Assembly: GCA_045544995.1 (NCBI GenBank)
Contig: JAZQAE010000016.1
Coordinates: forward strand, 1-62,979
DNA length: 62,979 nucleotides
DNA from: Eubacteriales bacterium
Lineage (GTDB): Bacteria > Bacillota > Clostridia > Oscillospirales > QAKW01
Reading direction: 5' to 3'
Shown: positions 30,841 through 39,337 of the stretch, piece by piece
How the letters are laid out: every line of letters begins with the position of its first letter
How positions within the stretch are numbered: position 1 is the stretch's first letter
The notes under the pieces: generated by a model
Databases searched by the model: none
The model's input: the letters and a program-made list of their open reading frames with translations, nothing else
Told to the model about the DNA's origin: nothing
Translations under genes and position numbers: made by a program

Positions 30841-31734
30841 GTGTCTTTTTGTTTTGATGTAAAAGAAGAGCTCTGTAAAATTGAAGAAAAAAATGATGCC
30901 TGTAAATTGGCTGCATTTTATGGCATGGTGCTATTCGGTCAGTCTGTTACCAACGATCAACTGAAGTTATCGACTGAAAATGTATTTGTCATCAATCGTT
31001 TGCAGACTCTCTCTGCCGGTTTATTGGGTGTATTTTTTGAAATGAGTGAGAGTGGAGTTACTTATACTGCAACCATGAAGGGGAATCAGTTAACTCCGCT
31101 ATACCAAAAGCTCGGTATGCTTGGCGAGGAAGGCCCTGTTATGCGGATCAATGAACAGTTTATCCGCCAAAAAGATCAGTTTGCAGCCTTTCTACGTGGT
31201 GCCGTTCTTGCCGGCGGTTATTTCAGTGATCCACTCAGCGGTTATCACTTTGAATTGGTTACATCAGACTACATAACGGCGAAATCAACACAAGAGTTTT
31301 TGAATCAACGCAGAATTCCCTGCAAAATGGTGGTGCGCCGTTCCAATTACGTGGTGTATTTAAAGGATAGTCAGCAAATCTATGATTTACTATATATCCT
31401 CGGTGCCAGAGCGGCCGCTTTTGATCTGATGAATGTTAAGATCGAAAAAGAAACAAATAATAATAACAATCGGGTGGATAACTGCACGGCATATAATATT
31501 GATAAGGCCATGAATAAAGCGGTAGAACAGATCCATGCGATCGAGAAGATAAAAAACGAAGTAGGGCTCTCCGCCTTACCGGAAGATCTGCTTTATGTGG
31601 CCGTTTTGCGCCAGGAAAACCCGACGAAGAATCTCACGGAGCTTACAGCTTTGTGTGACGGTCGGTTAAGTAAGCCCAGTCTCAGCCGTAAGCTGAATAA
31701 AATTATTGATTTTGCAAAAAATTTAAAAGGATAA
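30841..31734 (+). CDS. whiA: DNA-binding protein WhiA (divergent)
   Basis: SFCFDVKEEL, FLRGAVLAGG..SDP...YHFE, VVYLKDS, C-terminal HTH; GTG start after GGAGG. Confidence 0.85.
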   Translation: MSFCFDVKEELCKIEEKNDACKLAAFYGMVLFGQSVTNDQLKLSTENVFVINRLQTLSAGLLGVFFEMSESGVTYTATMKGNQLTPLYQKLGMLGEEGPVMRINEQFIRQKDQFAAFLRGAVLAGGYFSDPLSGYHFELVTSDYITAKSTQEFLNQRRIPCKMVVRRSNYVVYLKDSQQIYDLLYILGARAAAFDLMNVKIEKETNNNNNRVDNCTAYNIDKAMNKAVEQIHAIEKIKNEVGLSALPEDLLYVAVLRQENPTKNLTELTALCDGRLSKPSLSRKLNKIIDFAKNLKG

Positions 31735-31738
31735 TTTA

Positions 31739-34700
31739 ATGAGGAATTTTGTTCATCTTCATCTTCATACGGAATACAGCCTTTTAGACGGTGCTTGTCG
31801 GATTCAGGAAGTAGTGGCTCGGGCAAAGGCTTTGGGTCAGTCTGCCCTGGCGATCACGGATCACGGGGTGATGTATGGGGTGGTGGACTTTTATAAAGCC
31901 TGCAAAAAAGAGGGAATTAAACCGATTATTGGCTGTGAAATCTATATGGCGCCCCACGGTCGTAAAGATAAGCAATATGACCTTGATGGAAAGTATTCCC
32001 ATTTGATCCTTTTAGCAAAAAACAAAACCGGTTATCACAATCTCATGAAGATCGTCTCCCGTGGATTTACGGAAGGGTTTTACTTTAAGCCTCGTGCGGA
32101 CTTTGAACTTTTAGAGCAATACCACGAGGGATTGATCTGCTTATCCGGCTGTATTGGCGGATCCGTGCAGCAAAAACTATTGCTGGGTGATTATGACGGC
32201 GCCAAGACAGAAGCATTGCGTTATCGCAGTATCTTTGGCGAGGATTATTATCTGGAACTGCAAAATCACGGTTATAAAGAAGATGCGGCGATCTTGCCGG
32301 GCCAGATGCGGATTCATGAAGAAACCGGTATTCCCGTGGTTGCCACTAATGATGCACATTATATCGAAAAAGAAGACTCCTTTACCCAAAAGGTCCTGAT
32401 GTGTATTCAAATGAATAAGACCCTGGATGATGAAGATGCCCCCGGCTTTGACACGGACGAGTTTTATCTGAAATCCGGCGACGAGATGGCATCGTTGTTT
32501 TCCGGTTACGGACAAGCAATTGAAAATACGTTAAAGATTGCCGACAGCTGTAATTATGACTTTGAATTCGGCCAGTTTCATCTGCCCAAGTTTCAACTTC
32601 CTGCCGGTGTGACGGATAGTTTTTCCTATTTGCAGGAACAATGTATGGAGGGGCTTCGTGCGCGTTATTCTGTGATCACGGACGAGTTGAGAGAACGCCT
32701 TACCTACGAATTAAATACGATCCGGGATATGGGTTACGTCGATTACTTTTTGATCGTAAGCGATTTCATTTCTTATGCCAAAAAGCAAGATATCCCCGTA
32801 GGTCCGGGACGTGGAAGTGCGGCTGGATCTTTAGTTTCTTATTGTTTGAAAATTACAGATATCGACCCCATAGAATACGATCTTTTGTTTGAGCGTTTTT
32901 TAAATCCGGAACGGGTTACCATGCCGGATATTGATATTGACTTTTGCTATGAAAAACGTAGTAAAGTCATTGATTACGTCATTGATAAATACGGTGCTAA
33001 TAACGTGGCTCAGATCGTCACCTTTGGTACGATGGCTGCCAAGCAGGCGGTACGTGACGTAGGGCGAGCCATGGGGATTCCTTATGGGGAAGTGGATGCG
33101 GTTGCTAAGATGATCCCGTTCCGCTTAGGAATTACTTTGAAGGACGCATTGAACGACGTTCCGGCATTGAAAGAACTGTATGAAACGAATCAGACGGTTC
33201 ACAGACTTTTGGATCAAGCGCTACGCTTGGAGGGGTTTCCCCGTCATAATTCCACCCATGCTGCCGGCGTAGTGATCACGGAAAATGAAGTCAGTGACTT
33301 TGTTCCCATTTCATTGAACGGAGAGTCTTACGTTACCCAGTTCACAATGACGACGTTAGAGGAATTGGGTCTGCTGAAAATGGATTTTCTCGGGTTGAGA
33401 AACCTGACGATTATTCACGATACAGAAGAGTTGATCCGTCAGCAGAATCCGGCGTTTTCGATGAATCAAATTCCTCTGAATGATCCGGATACCTACCGTA
33501 CACTTTCCAGCGGAAATACGATGGGTATCTTCCAGATGGAAAGTCCCGGAATGCGTCAGGTACTGATGCGCATGAAACCCTCGGAATTTGAGGATATTAT
33601 TGCGGTGATCTCGTTGTATCGCCCCGGCCCGATGGATTCGATCCCGATGTATATCGAAAATAAGAACCATCCCGAACGAATTCGCTATTTGACACCGGAA
33701 CTGGAACCGATTTTAAAGGTGACCTACGGCTGTATCGTTTATCAGGAGCAGGTCATGCAGATCGTTCGTAATCTGGCGGGTTATTCCTATGCCCGCGCAG
33801 ACCTCGTTCGCCGTGCCATGAGTAAGAAAAAGACGGATGTAATGGAACGGGAACGTGAGATCTTTTTAGCAGGCGCACAGCAAAAAGGAATCTCTAAAGG
33901 GGTTGCAAATAAAATCTTCGATCAGATGATCGACTTTACTAAATACGCCTTCAATAAATCTCATGCCACCTGCTATGCAAAGGTGGCATATCAAACGGCG
34001 TATTTGAAAACCCATTATCCTAAGGAATATCTTGCCGCTTTGATGACCAGCGTTTTGGGTTCTACCGAGAAAACGGCGGAATATATCGAAGAATGCCGCC
34101 GAATGAGAATTCCGGTTTTACCTCCGCATATTAATAAAAGCTTTTCTCGTTTTCACGCTACCAAAGACGGTATTGTCTATGGCCTTCTTGCGATCAAAAA
34201 CGTTGGCGTTAAGATGGTAGATGATATTGTGTTGGAACGTGAAAAGAATGGGGAATATAAGGATTTTGTGGACTTTTGCTCCCGTATTGTAGGATTAGAC
34301 GTTAATACCCGTGCCATTGAAAGTATGATTAAATGCGGTGTCTTTGATTGCTTTAAATATTCAAGACGGCATTTGACAATGGTCTACGAACAGCTCTTAA
34401 ACAGTCTCTCTATTGAGAAAAAGAGTCAGATCGAAGGTCAGATCGGACTGTTTTCCATGCTGGATCAACCCCCGGAGACCGGGGAGCGTTTTTTCAAGGA
34501 GCCTCAGCCTGAATTTGAGAAAACCATCAAAATGGCCTTTGAAAAGGAGATGCTGGGAATTCATTTGACCGATAATCCTTTTGAGCCATACCGACATATC
34601 TATAACCGTAAGGATATCACTTTATTTTCTGTCGCTCTTTCTGAAGAGACAGAGGATGGTAAGGAAATCTGGTGTTTCGCTCAGGTGGATGGATATAAAA

Positions 34701-35149
34701 CGGTGAAGACAAAATCCGGTCAAGAAATGGGATATCTGTCCCTTTCAGATTTGTCCGGCGGGATGGAAGGCATTATGTTCCCAAAGGTATATGCAAAATG
34801 GCGGACTGCGATCGTAAAAGGGTCCTTTGCATTTATCCGAGGAAAGATTCAGCAGGATGAGGTGCGAGGAACCAAATTGCTTTTAGAGGAACTGCGTAGA
34901 CCGACGGAAAAAGAATTACAAGAAAAATCCAAACGGCTTTATATCAAATTGCCCAGCCGTACTTGTAGGGAAACCGAAAGCGTACTGGATTTACTTCGTT
35001 TGTATCCCGGAATTCACGAATGTATTCTTTATTTTGAGGATACGAAGAAGAGTGTTTCCACACTGAATCGATTTGGCATTGAGATTCACGATGAATTGCT
35101 GCAAAAACTCAAAAATTTGCTTGGTGATGCGGAAATTGTTGTAAAATAG
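31739..35149 (+). CDS. dnaE: DnaE-type DNA polymerase III alpha subunit
   Basis: HLHLHTEYSLLDG, GPGRGSAAGS, FERFLNPER, PDIDIDF, KMDFLGL, YAFNKSH, C-terminal OB. Confidence 0.98.
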   Translation: MRNFVHLHLHTEYSLLDGACRIQEVVARAKALGQSALAITDHGVMYGVVDFYKACKKEGIKPIIGCEIYMAPHGRKDKQYDLDGKYSHLILLAKNKTGYHNLMKIVSRGFTEGFYFKPRADFELLEQYHEGLICLSGCIGGSVQQKLLLGDYDGAKTEALRYRSIFGEDYYLELQNHGYKEDAAILPGQMRIHEETGIPVVATNDAHYIEKEDSFTQKVLMCIQMNKTLDDEDAPGFDTDEFYLKSGDEMASLFSGYGQAIENTLKIADSCNYDFEFGQFHLPKFQLPAGVTDSFSYLQEQCMEGLRARYSVITDELRERLTYELNTIRDMGYVDYFLIVSDFISYAKKQDIPVGPGRGSAAGSLVSYCLKITDIDPIEYDLLFERFLNPERVTMPDIDIDFCYEKRSKVIDYVIDKYGANNVAQIVTFGTMAAKQAVRDVGRAMGIPYGEVDAVAKMIPFRLGITLKDALNDVPALKELYETNQTVHRLLDQALRLEGFPRHNSTHAAGVVITENEVSDFVPISLNGESYVTQFTMTTLEELGLLKMDFLGLRNLTIIHDTEELIRQQNPAFSMNQIPLNDPDTYRTLSSGNTMGIFQMESPGMRQVLMRMKPSEFEDIIAVISLYRPGPMDSIPMYIENKNHPERIRYLTPELEPILKVTYGCIVYQEQVMQIVRNLAGYSYARADLVRRAMSKKKTDVMEREREIFLAGAQQKGISKGVANKIFDQMIDFTKYAFNKSHATCYAKVAYQTAYLKTHYPKEYLAALMTSVLGSTEKTAEYIEECRRMRIPVLPPHINKSFSRFHATKDGIVYGLLAIKNVGVKMVDDIVLEREKNGEYKDFVDFCSRIVGLDVNTRAIESMIKCGVFDCFKYSRRHLTMVYEQLLNSLSIEKKSQIEGQIGLFSMLDQPPETGERFFKEPQPEFEKTIKMAFEKEMLGIHLTDNPFEPYRHIYNRKDITLFSVALSEETEDGKEIWCFAQVDGYKTVKTKSGQEMGYLSLSDLSGGMEGIMFPKVYAKWRTAIVKGSFAFIRGKIQQDEVRGTKLLLEELRRPTEKELQEKSKRLYIKLPSRTCRETESVLDLLRLYPGIHECILYFEDTKKSVSTLNRFGIEIHDELLQKLKNLLGDAEIVVK

Positions 35150-35151
35150 CA

Positions 35152-35180
35152 TTGATTTTTGGTGAACCATGCATTATAAT
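35152..35180 (+). promoter_or_regulatory. sigmaA promoter of pfkA
   Basis: TTGATT-17-TATAAT. Confidence 0.65.
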
Positions 35181-35212
35181 TTTTAAAATTAATATTTTAA
35201 GAGGTAGATACT

Positions 35213-36184
35213 ATGGAGTCTAAAGTAAAAAAAATTGGTGTATTAACCAGTGGTGGTGATGCCCCCGGTATGAATGCTGCGGTTCGTGCGGTGACTCGTG
35301 CGGCGCTTGCAAAGGGGATCGAGGTCGTTGGTGTGCATAGAGGTTATGCCGGTTTGATCGAAGATGAAGTTGAACCGTTGGGGTTCCGTGATGTTTCCAA
35401 TATTCTTCAGATGGGCGGTACTGCGCTGTTCTCCGCCAGAAGTAAGCTCTTCCAGACTGAGGAAGGCATGCAAAAGGCAATTGACGTTTGTCATAAGCAT
35501 GGAATTGAAGGAATGGTTGTGATCGGCGGTGACGGGTCTTTCCGTGGCGCAGCCGCTTTGTCCGCCCGTGGAATTCCCTGCATTGGTATTCCGGGAACAA
35601 TCGATAACGATATTAGCTCTACGGACTATTCCATCGGTTTTGATACCTGTGTAAACTGTGTTGCAGATTTGATCGACCGAATTCGTGATACCATGCGTTC
35701 CCATGAGCGTTGTTCTGTGGTAGAGGTTATGGGCCGTAATGCAGGTTATATTGCATTACATGCCGGTATTGCTACCGGTGCAGCATTTGTCATGGTTCCT
35801 GAAGTGGAATGTACCCCCGAAGACGTTATTGAAAAGATTGAGCATGGTCGCGCCTTGGGTAAGAGTAATTTTATCGTCATTGTTGCTGAGGGTGTCGGGC
35901 ACGCTGAAGAGCTTTCTGCTTTTATTCAGGAAAGAACCGGCATTGTTACCCGGGCAACGATTTTGGGGCATGTTCAGCGTGGCGGATCTCCTTCCGGCCG
36001 TGACCGTGTGCTTGCCAGCCAGTTTGGCACCTACGCCGTTGAGTTGTTGGCTTCCGGCAAGAGCCATCGTGTTGTTGGTATTCATAAGGAAGAATTGGTG
36101 AACTACGATATTCAGGAAGCCCTCTTGATGAAAAAAGAGTTCCCCATGGATCTTTATAAGATGAGTGAGATGATCTCGATCTGA
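35213..36184 (+). CDS. pfkA: ATP-dependent 6-phosphofructokinase
   Basis: LTSGGDAPGMNAA, GGDGS, PGTIDND, EVMGR, LGHVQRGG. Confidence 0.98.
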   Translation: MESKVKKIGVLTSGGDAPGMNAAVRAVTRAALAKGIEVVGVHRGYAGLIEDEVEPLGFRDVSNILQMGGTALFSARSKLFQTEEGMQKAIDVCHKHGIEGMVVIGGDGSFRGAAALSARGIPCIGIPGTIDNDISSTDYSIGFDTCVNCVADLIDRIRDTMRSHERCSVVEVMGRNAGYIALHAGIATGAAFVMVPEVECTPEDVIEKIEHGRALGKSNFIVIVAEGVGHAEELSAFIQERTGIVTRATILGHVQRGGSPSGRDRVLASQFGTYAVELLASGKSHRVVGIHKEELVNYDIQEALLMKKEFPMDLYKMSEMISI

Positions 36185-36185
36185 T

Positions 36186-36221
36186 TGAAAGCGCTTTTGC
36201 AATCGCAAAAGCGTTTTTTCA
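36186..36221 (+). terminator. pfkA terminator, copy 1 of a 36-bp direct repeat
   Basis: TGAAAGCGCTTTTGCAATCGCAAAAGCGTTTTTTCA hairpin with T-run. Confidence 0.8.
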
Positions 36222-36508
36222 GACTGTCAAAAAAATCCCCGACCGCAGAAAATAAAAAGGAACAAAAGGTCGGTAACAATTTTACAATATAACGGCGGGA
36301 AAGAGATTTTACTCTTTCCCGTTGTTCCTTTATAAGGGAAAAATCTGCATAGCAATGCAGATTTTAATTGAAATTTTCTGCTATCCGCCAAAACGCTCTC
36401 TACCGTACCTACGTACGCCGACGAGACCGTTTTGACGAATTCGGGAACATTTTTGAGAGTCTCACCAGCGTGTCAAAGACGAAAAAGACAGGGTTCTTTG
36501 ACACGCTG
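36220..36508. mobile_element. Non-autonomous MITE-like element (two tandem units)
   Basis: IR pairs CAGACTGTCAAAAA (36220) / TTTTTGAGAGTCTC (36450-36463) and CAGCGTGTCAAAGA (36466) / TCTTTGACACGCTG (36495-36508); several internal hairpins, no credible ORF, flanked by a 34/36 direct repeat. Confidence 0.7.
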
Positions 36509-36544
36509 TGAAGGCGCTTTTGCAATCGCAAAAGCGCTTTTTCA
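36509..36544 (+). repeat. Copy 2 of the 36-bp terminator repeat
   Basis: TGAAGGCGCTTTTGCAATCGCAAAAGCGCTTTTTCA; 2 mismatches to 36186-36221. Confidence 0.9.
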
Positions 36545-36553
36545 TATAAAACA

Positions 36554-36582
36554 TTGAAAAAAGTATCAAAATATGTTAGAAT
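36554..36582 (+). promoter_or_regulatory. sigmaA promoter of the AraC gene
   Basis: TTGAAA-17-TAGAAT with TG extension. Confidence 0.6.
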
Positions 36583-36603
36583 AGAAACGTAGGGGGTGAT
36601 GAA

Positions 36604-37395
36604 GTGGATTATTATATCCGGGCGTCCGAACATTTATCTGAAAAACCGGATAAGGATCATTTTTTTATGCATATGCATGATACTTACGAGATTTATTCTA
36701 TTAATGCAGGAAATGCAGATTATTATGTAGAAGGCACCTGCTATCCGCTTCAGCATGGAGATATTATGGTGATGCGAAAAAGCGAGTCTCACCAAATCGT
36801 ATTAAAGGATGATTCTATTTACGGAAGAAGGGTCATTAATTTTGACTTGCCGTTCTTAAAGCAGATTGATCCGGACGGTACGTTGCTGTCTATCTTCAAT
36901 GACCGCCCACTTGGACAGTTAAACCATTATCCCGCTGCGATGTTTCCTCAAAATAATTGGCAGTTCTTTTTAAAGAGGATCAACGCTACGGAAGATCCTG
37001 CTTTACGTTTATCGTATTTAATGGCCTTGTTAGGGGAACTATCTGAATGTTTTGAGGTTTTAAAAAGTATGGATCAACCTCAGGAGCCGGACACGGTCAC
37101 ATCGGTGATTTATTACATTAACCAACATATTACAGATAAACTATCCCTTTCGGTTCTTTGTGATGAATTTTATTTGAGTAAGGCACACCTGAATCGAATC
37201 TTTAAGCAATCCACCGGTGCTACCGTTTGGAATTATATCGTAACAAAGCGGTTGCTGCTTTCCAAAGAGCTACTTTCCTCCGGTATCACTCCCACGGATG
37301 CCTGTACTCAATGTGGTTTTCAGGATTATACGACCTTTTATCGTGCATATAAAAAGCAATTTGGAGTCTCTCCCAAGGCGGAGCAAAAGAAGTAA
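36604..37395 (+). CDS. AraC-family transcriptional regulator
   Basis: N-terminal cupin HMHDTYE; C-terminal double HTH (LSKAHLNRIFK, CGFQDYTTFYRAYKKQFGVSP). Confidence 0.93.
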   Translation: MDYYIRASEHLSEKPDKDHFFMHMHDTYEIYSINAGNADYYVEGTCYPLQHGDIMVMRKSESHQIVLKDDSIYGRRVINFDLPFLKQIDPDGTLLSIFNDRPLGQLNHYPAAMFPQNNWQFFLKRINATEDPALRLSYLMALLGELSECFEVLKSMDQPQEPDTVTSVIYYINQHITDKLSLSVLCDEFYLSKAHLNRIFKQSTGATVWNYIVTKRLLLSKELLSSGITPTDACTQCGFQDYTTFYRAYKKQFGVSPKAEQKK

Positions 37396-37398
37396 ATC

Positions 37399-37427
37399 TT
37401 GCAGAATAGCTGTAGAAGTGTTATAAT
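37399..37427 (+). promoter_or_regulatory. sigmaA promoter of the rnf operon
   Basis: TTGCAG-17-TATAAT with TG extension. Confidence 0.65.
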
Positions 37428-37456
37428 TAATTAAATTGTGTTCAAGGAGTAATGAA

Positions 37457-39337
37457 ATGAAAAAGATCCTCGGTTATTTAAAAACCCATCTTTTTTATGT
37501 GCAGATTTTAACTGTTTTGACGGTTGCCTCTGCATTTATACCTGCCCTTAATCCCATCGTGGCTTACGGGGAGAAGAATACTCATATGCTGTTTTCTATC
37601 TTTGCCGACCTTGGCGGCATTGAAAAGTATTTTGAAAGTATATTGAGTTCTTTTAGTTTGTTCGGAACGATTTTATATATAGTGATGCTCTTGTTCTATG
37701 TTGGAATGGTGTGCTACGTATGCGGATTGATTTTGATCTGGTCCAAGAGCCAAGGCGGAAAGCGGTCGATCTTTACCGGGGCGCTGATTTTCCTGCTCAT
37801 CTATCTGGTTTTGTTTGTCGTTTATTTTGGCATCAACCGCGAATTGTTGTTTAATGGGAGCGAATTAATTAAAACGACGGCGGACGTTTGGCTAAAGATC
37901 CCCCTTGGAATCTATTATCATCTGGCTTTGGCAATCGGTGTAACCGTTCTTTCTATTTTAGGAAGCGGTATTGATTTTAAGGCTGTATGGTATGGCTTAC
38001 GTTTGAACTGGATTCATCGTTTTGACGGCGGTGTCCATCCAACGCCCCATAAAAATACACGCTCCAAGCCCATCGAAACACTTCCTCCGCAAAAAGAGAT
38101 GATCTATCCGTTGCTTCAGCATATCGGTGCGATTTGCGAACCCTGCGTAAAGGTGGGAGATTACGTAAGAATCGGGCAGATCATTGCCGATAGCGATTCT
38201 TCCATCTCTGCGCCGATTCACGCTTCGGTCTCCGGTACGGTTATTAATATTTGTGATTGGGATCATCCCACCGGTACACGAATCCCTGCAATTATTATTG
38301 AAAACGATTTTGAAGATAATCGTTCGGAATGTTTCCATGAAGCATGTCCGGATTACGAAACGAAGAGCCCGGAAGAACTGATTGCTATGATCCGAGAAGC
38401 CGGAATTGTAGGTATGGGCGGAAAAGGATTTCCGACCCACGTGAAACTTTCTTCTGCTTTAGGCCGTGTCCATACGTTAATAATCAATGCAGCAGAGTGC
38501 GAGCCTTATCTTTCCAGTGACCATCGTGTTATTCTTGAATCCATTGATGACCTGATGGGCGGAATCAAATTGGTACAGTACATTTTGGATGTCAAGCAGT
38601 TTTATATCGGAATTGAAAACAATAAACCGGATGCTATCTCATTGTTGCACAAACGGATGGGCCGCTATCGAAACCGTGTCGTCATTCTAAAAACCAAGTA
38701 TCCTCAGGGTGGGGAAAAACAATTGATTCGTGCGGTTTGCGGTCGTGTGGTGCCTTCTGGCAAGTTACCCACGGATATTGGGTATCTGGTATTAAACGTT
38801 GATACCATTATCGCCATTTATCGTGCAGTTGTAACCGGAACGCCGTTGATGCGCCGTATCGTGACTGTGGCCGGCCATGGTGTTGAGAGAACCGGTAATG
38901 TAAATGTTCGTATTGGCACACCGTTTTCTGCAGTACTGGATTATTTTGGTTTTAAACAATCCACCCGGAAAGTCATCATGGGCGGACCGATGATGGGAAC
39001 GGCACAGTATTCACTTGACGTTCCGGTGATAAAAGAAACGTCCGGATTAATTTGTATGACGAAAGAGCAATTGGCGATCGATCGTGACGTGCATTGTATC
39101 CGTTGCGGCAGTTGTGTTTCGGCGTGTCCCATGCATTTGATGCCAAGTTATATTGCTCAATATGTAAAAGCAAAGCAATTTGATCGCCTGCAAAACCTTA
39201 ACGTGTCGGATTGCATCGATTGTGGCTGTTGTTCTTTCACCTGTCCGGTTAAAATACCGCTGATTCAGTATATGAGAATCGGAAAACAAAAAGTAAAAGA
39301 GATGAACTATAAGAAGAGGGGAGGAAAGCGCGAATGA
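37457..39337 (+). CDS. rnfC: Rnf complex subunit RnfC with extra N-terminal multi-TM domain
   Basis: GGVHP, QHIGA, PIHASVSGTV, GIVGMGG, NAAECEPYL, YPQGGEKQLI, GGPMMG and two 4Fe-4S motifs, preceded in frame by ~188 mostly hydrophobic aa; ATG after AAGGAG. Confidence 0.92.
   Translation: MKKILGYLKTHLFYVQILTVLTVASAFIPALNPIVAYGEKNTHMLFSIFADLGGIEKYFESILSSFSLFGTILYIVMLLFYVGMVCYVCGLILIWSKSQGGKRSIFTGALIFLLIYLVLFVVYFGINRELLFNGSELIKTTADVWLKIPLGIYYHLALAIGVTVLSILGSGIDFKAVWYGLRLNWIHRFDGGVHPTPHKNTRSKPIETLPPQKEMIYPLLQHIGAICEPCVKVGDYVRIGQIIADSDSSISAPIHASVSGTVINICDWDHPTGTRIPAIIIENDFEDNRSECFHEACPDYETKSPEELIAMIREAGIVGMGGKGFPTHVKLSSALGRVHTLIINAAECEPYLSSDHRVILESIDDLMGGIKLVQYILDVKQFYIGIENNKPDAISLLHKRMGRYRNRVVILKTKYPQGGEKQLIRAVCGRVVPSGKLPTDIGYLVLNVDTIIAIYRAVVTGTPLMRRIVTVAGHGVERTGNVNVRIGTPFSAVLDYFGFKQSTRKVIMGGPMMGTAQYSLDVPVIKETSGLICMTKEQLAIDRDVHCIRCGSCVSACPMHLMPSYIAQYVKAKQFDRLQNLNVSDCIDCGCCSFTCPVKIPLIQYMRIGKQKVKEMNYKKRGGKRE

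Noticed and set aside
36186-36544. 36-bp palindromic direct repeats as a CRISPR array
   Set aside because: Only two copies, ~290 bp apart, terminator-shaped, and no cas genes.
36409-36633. Minus-strand 74-aa ORF over the MITE end
   Set aside because: No RBS or transposase similarity; crosses repeat and promoter sequence.
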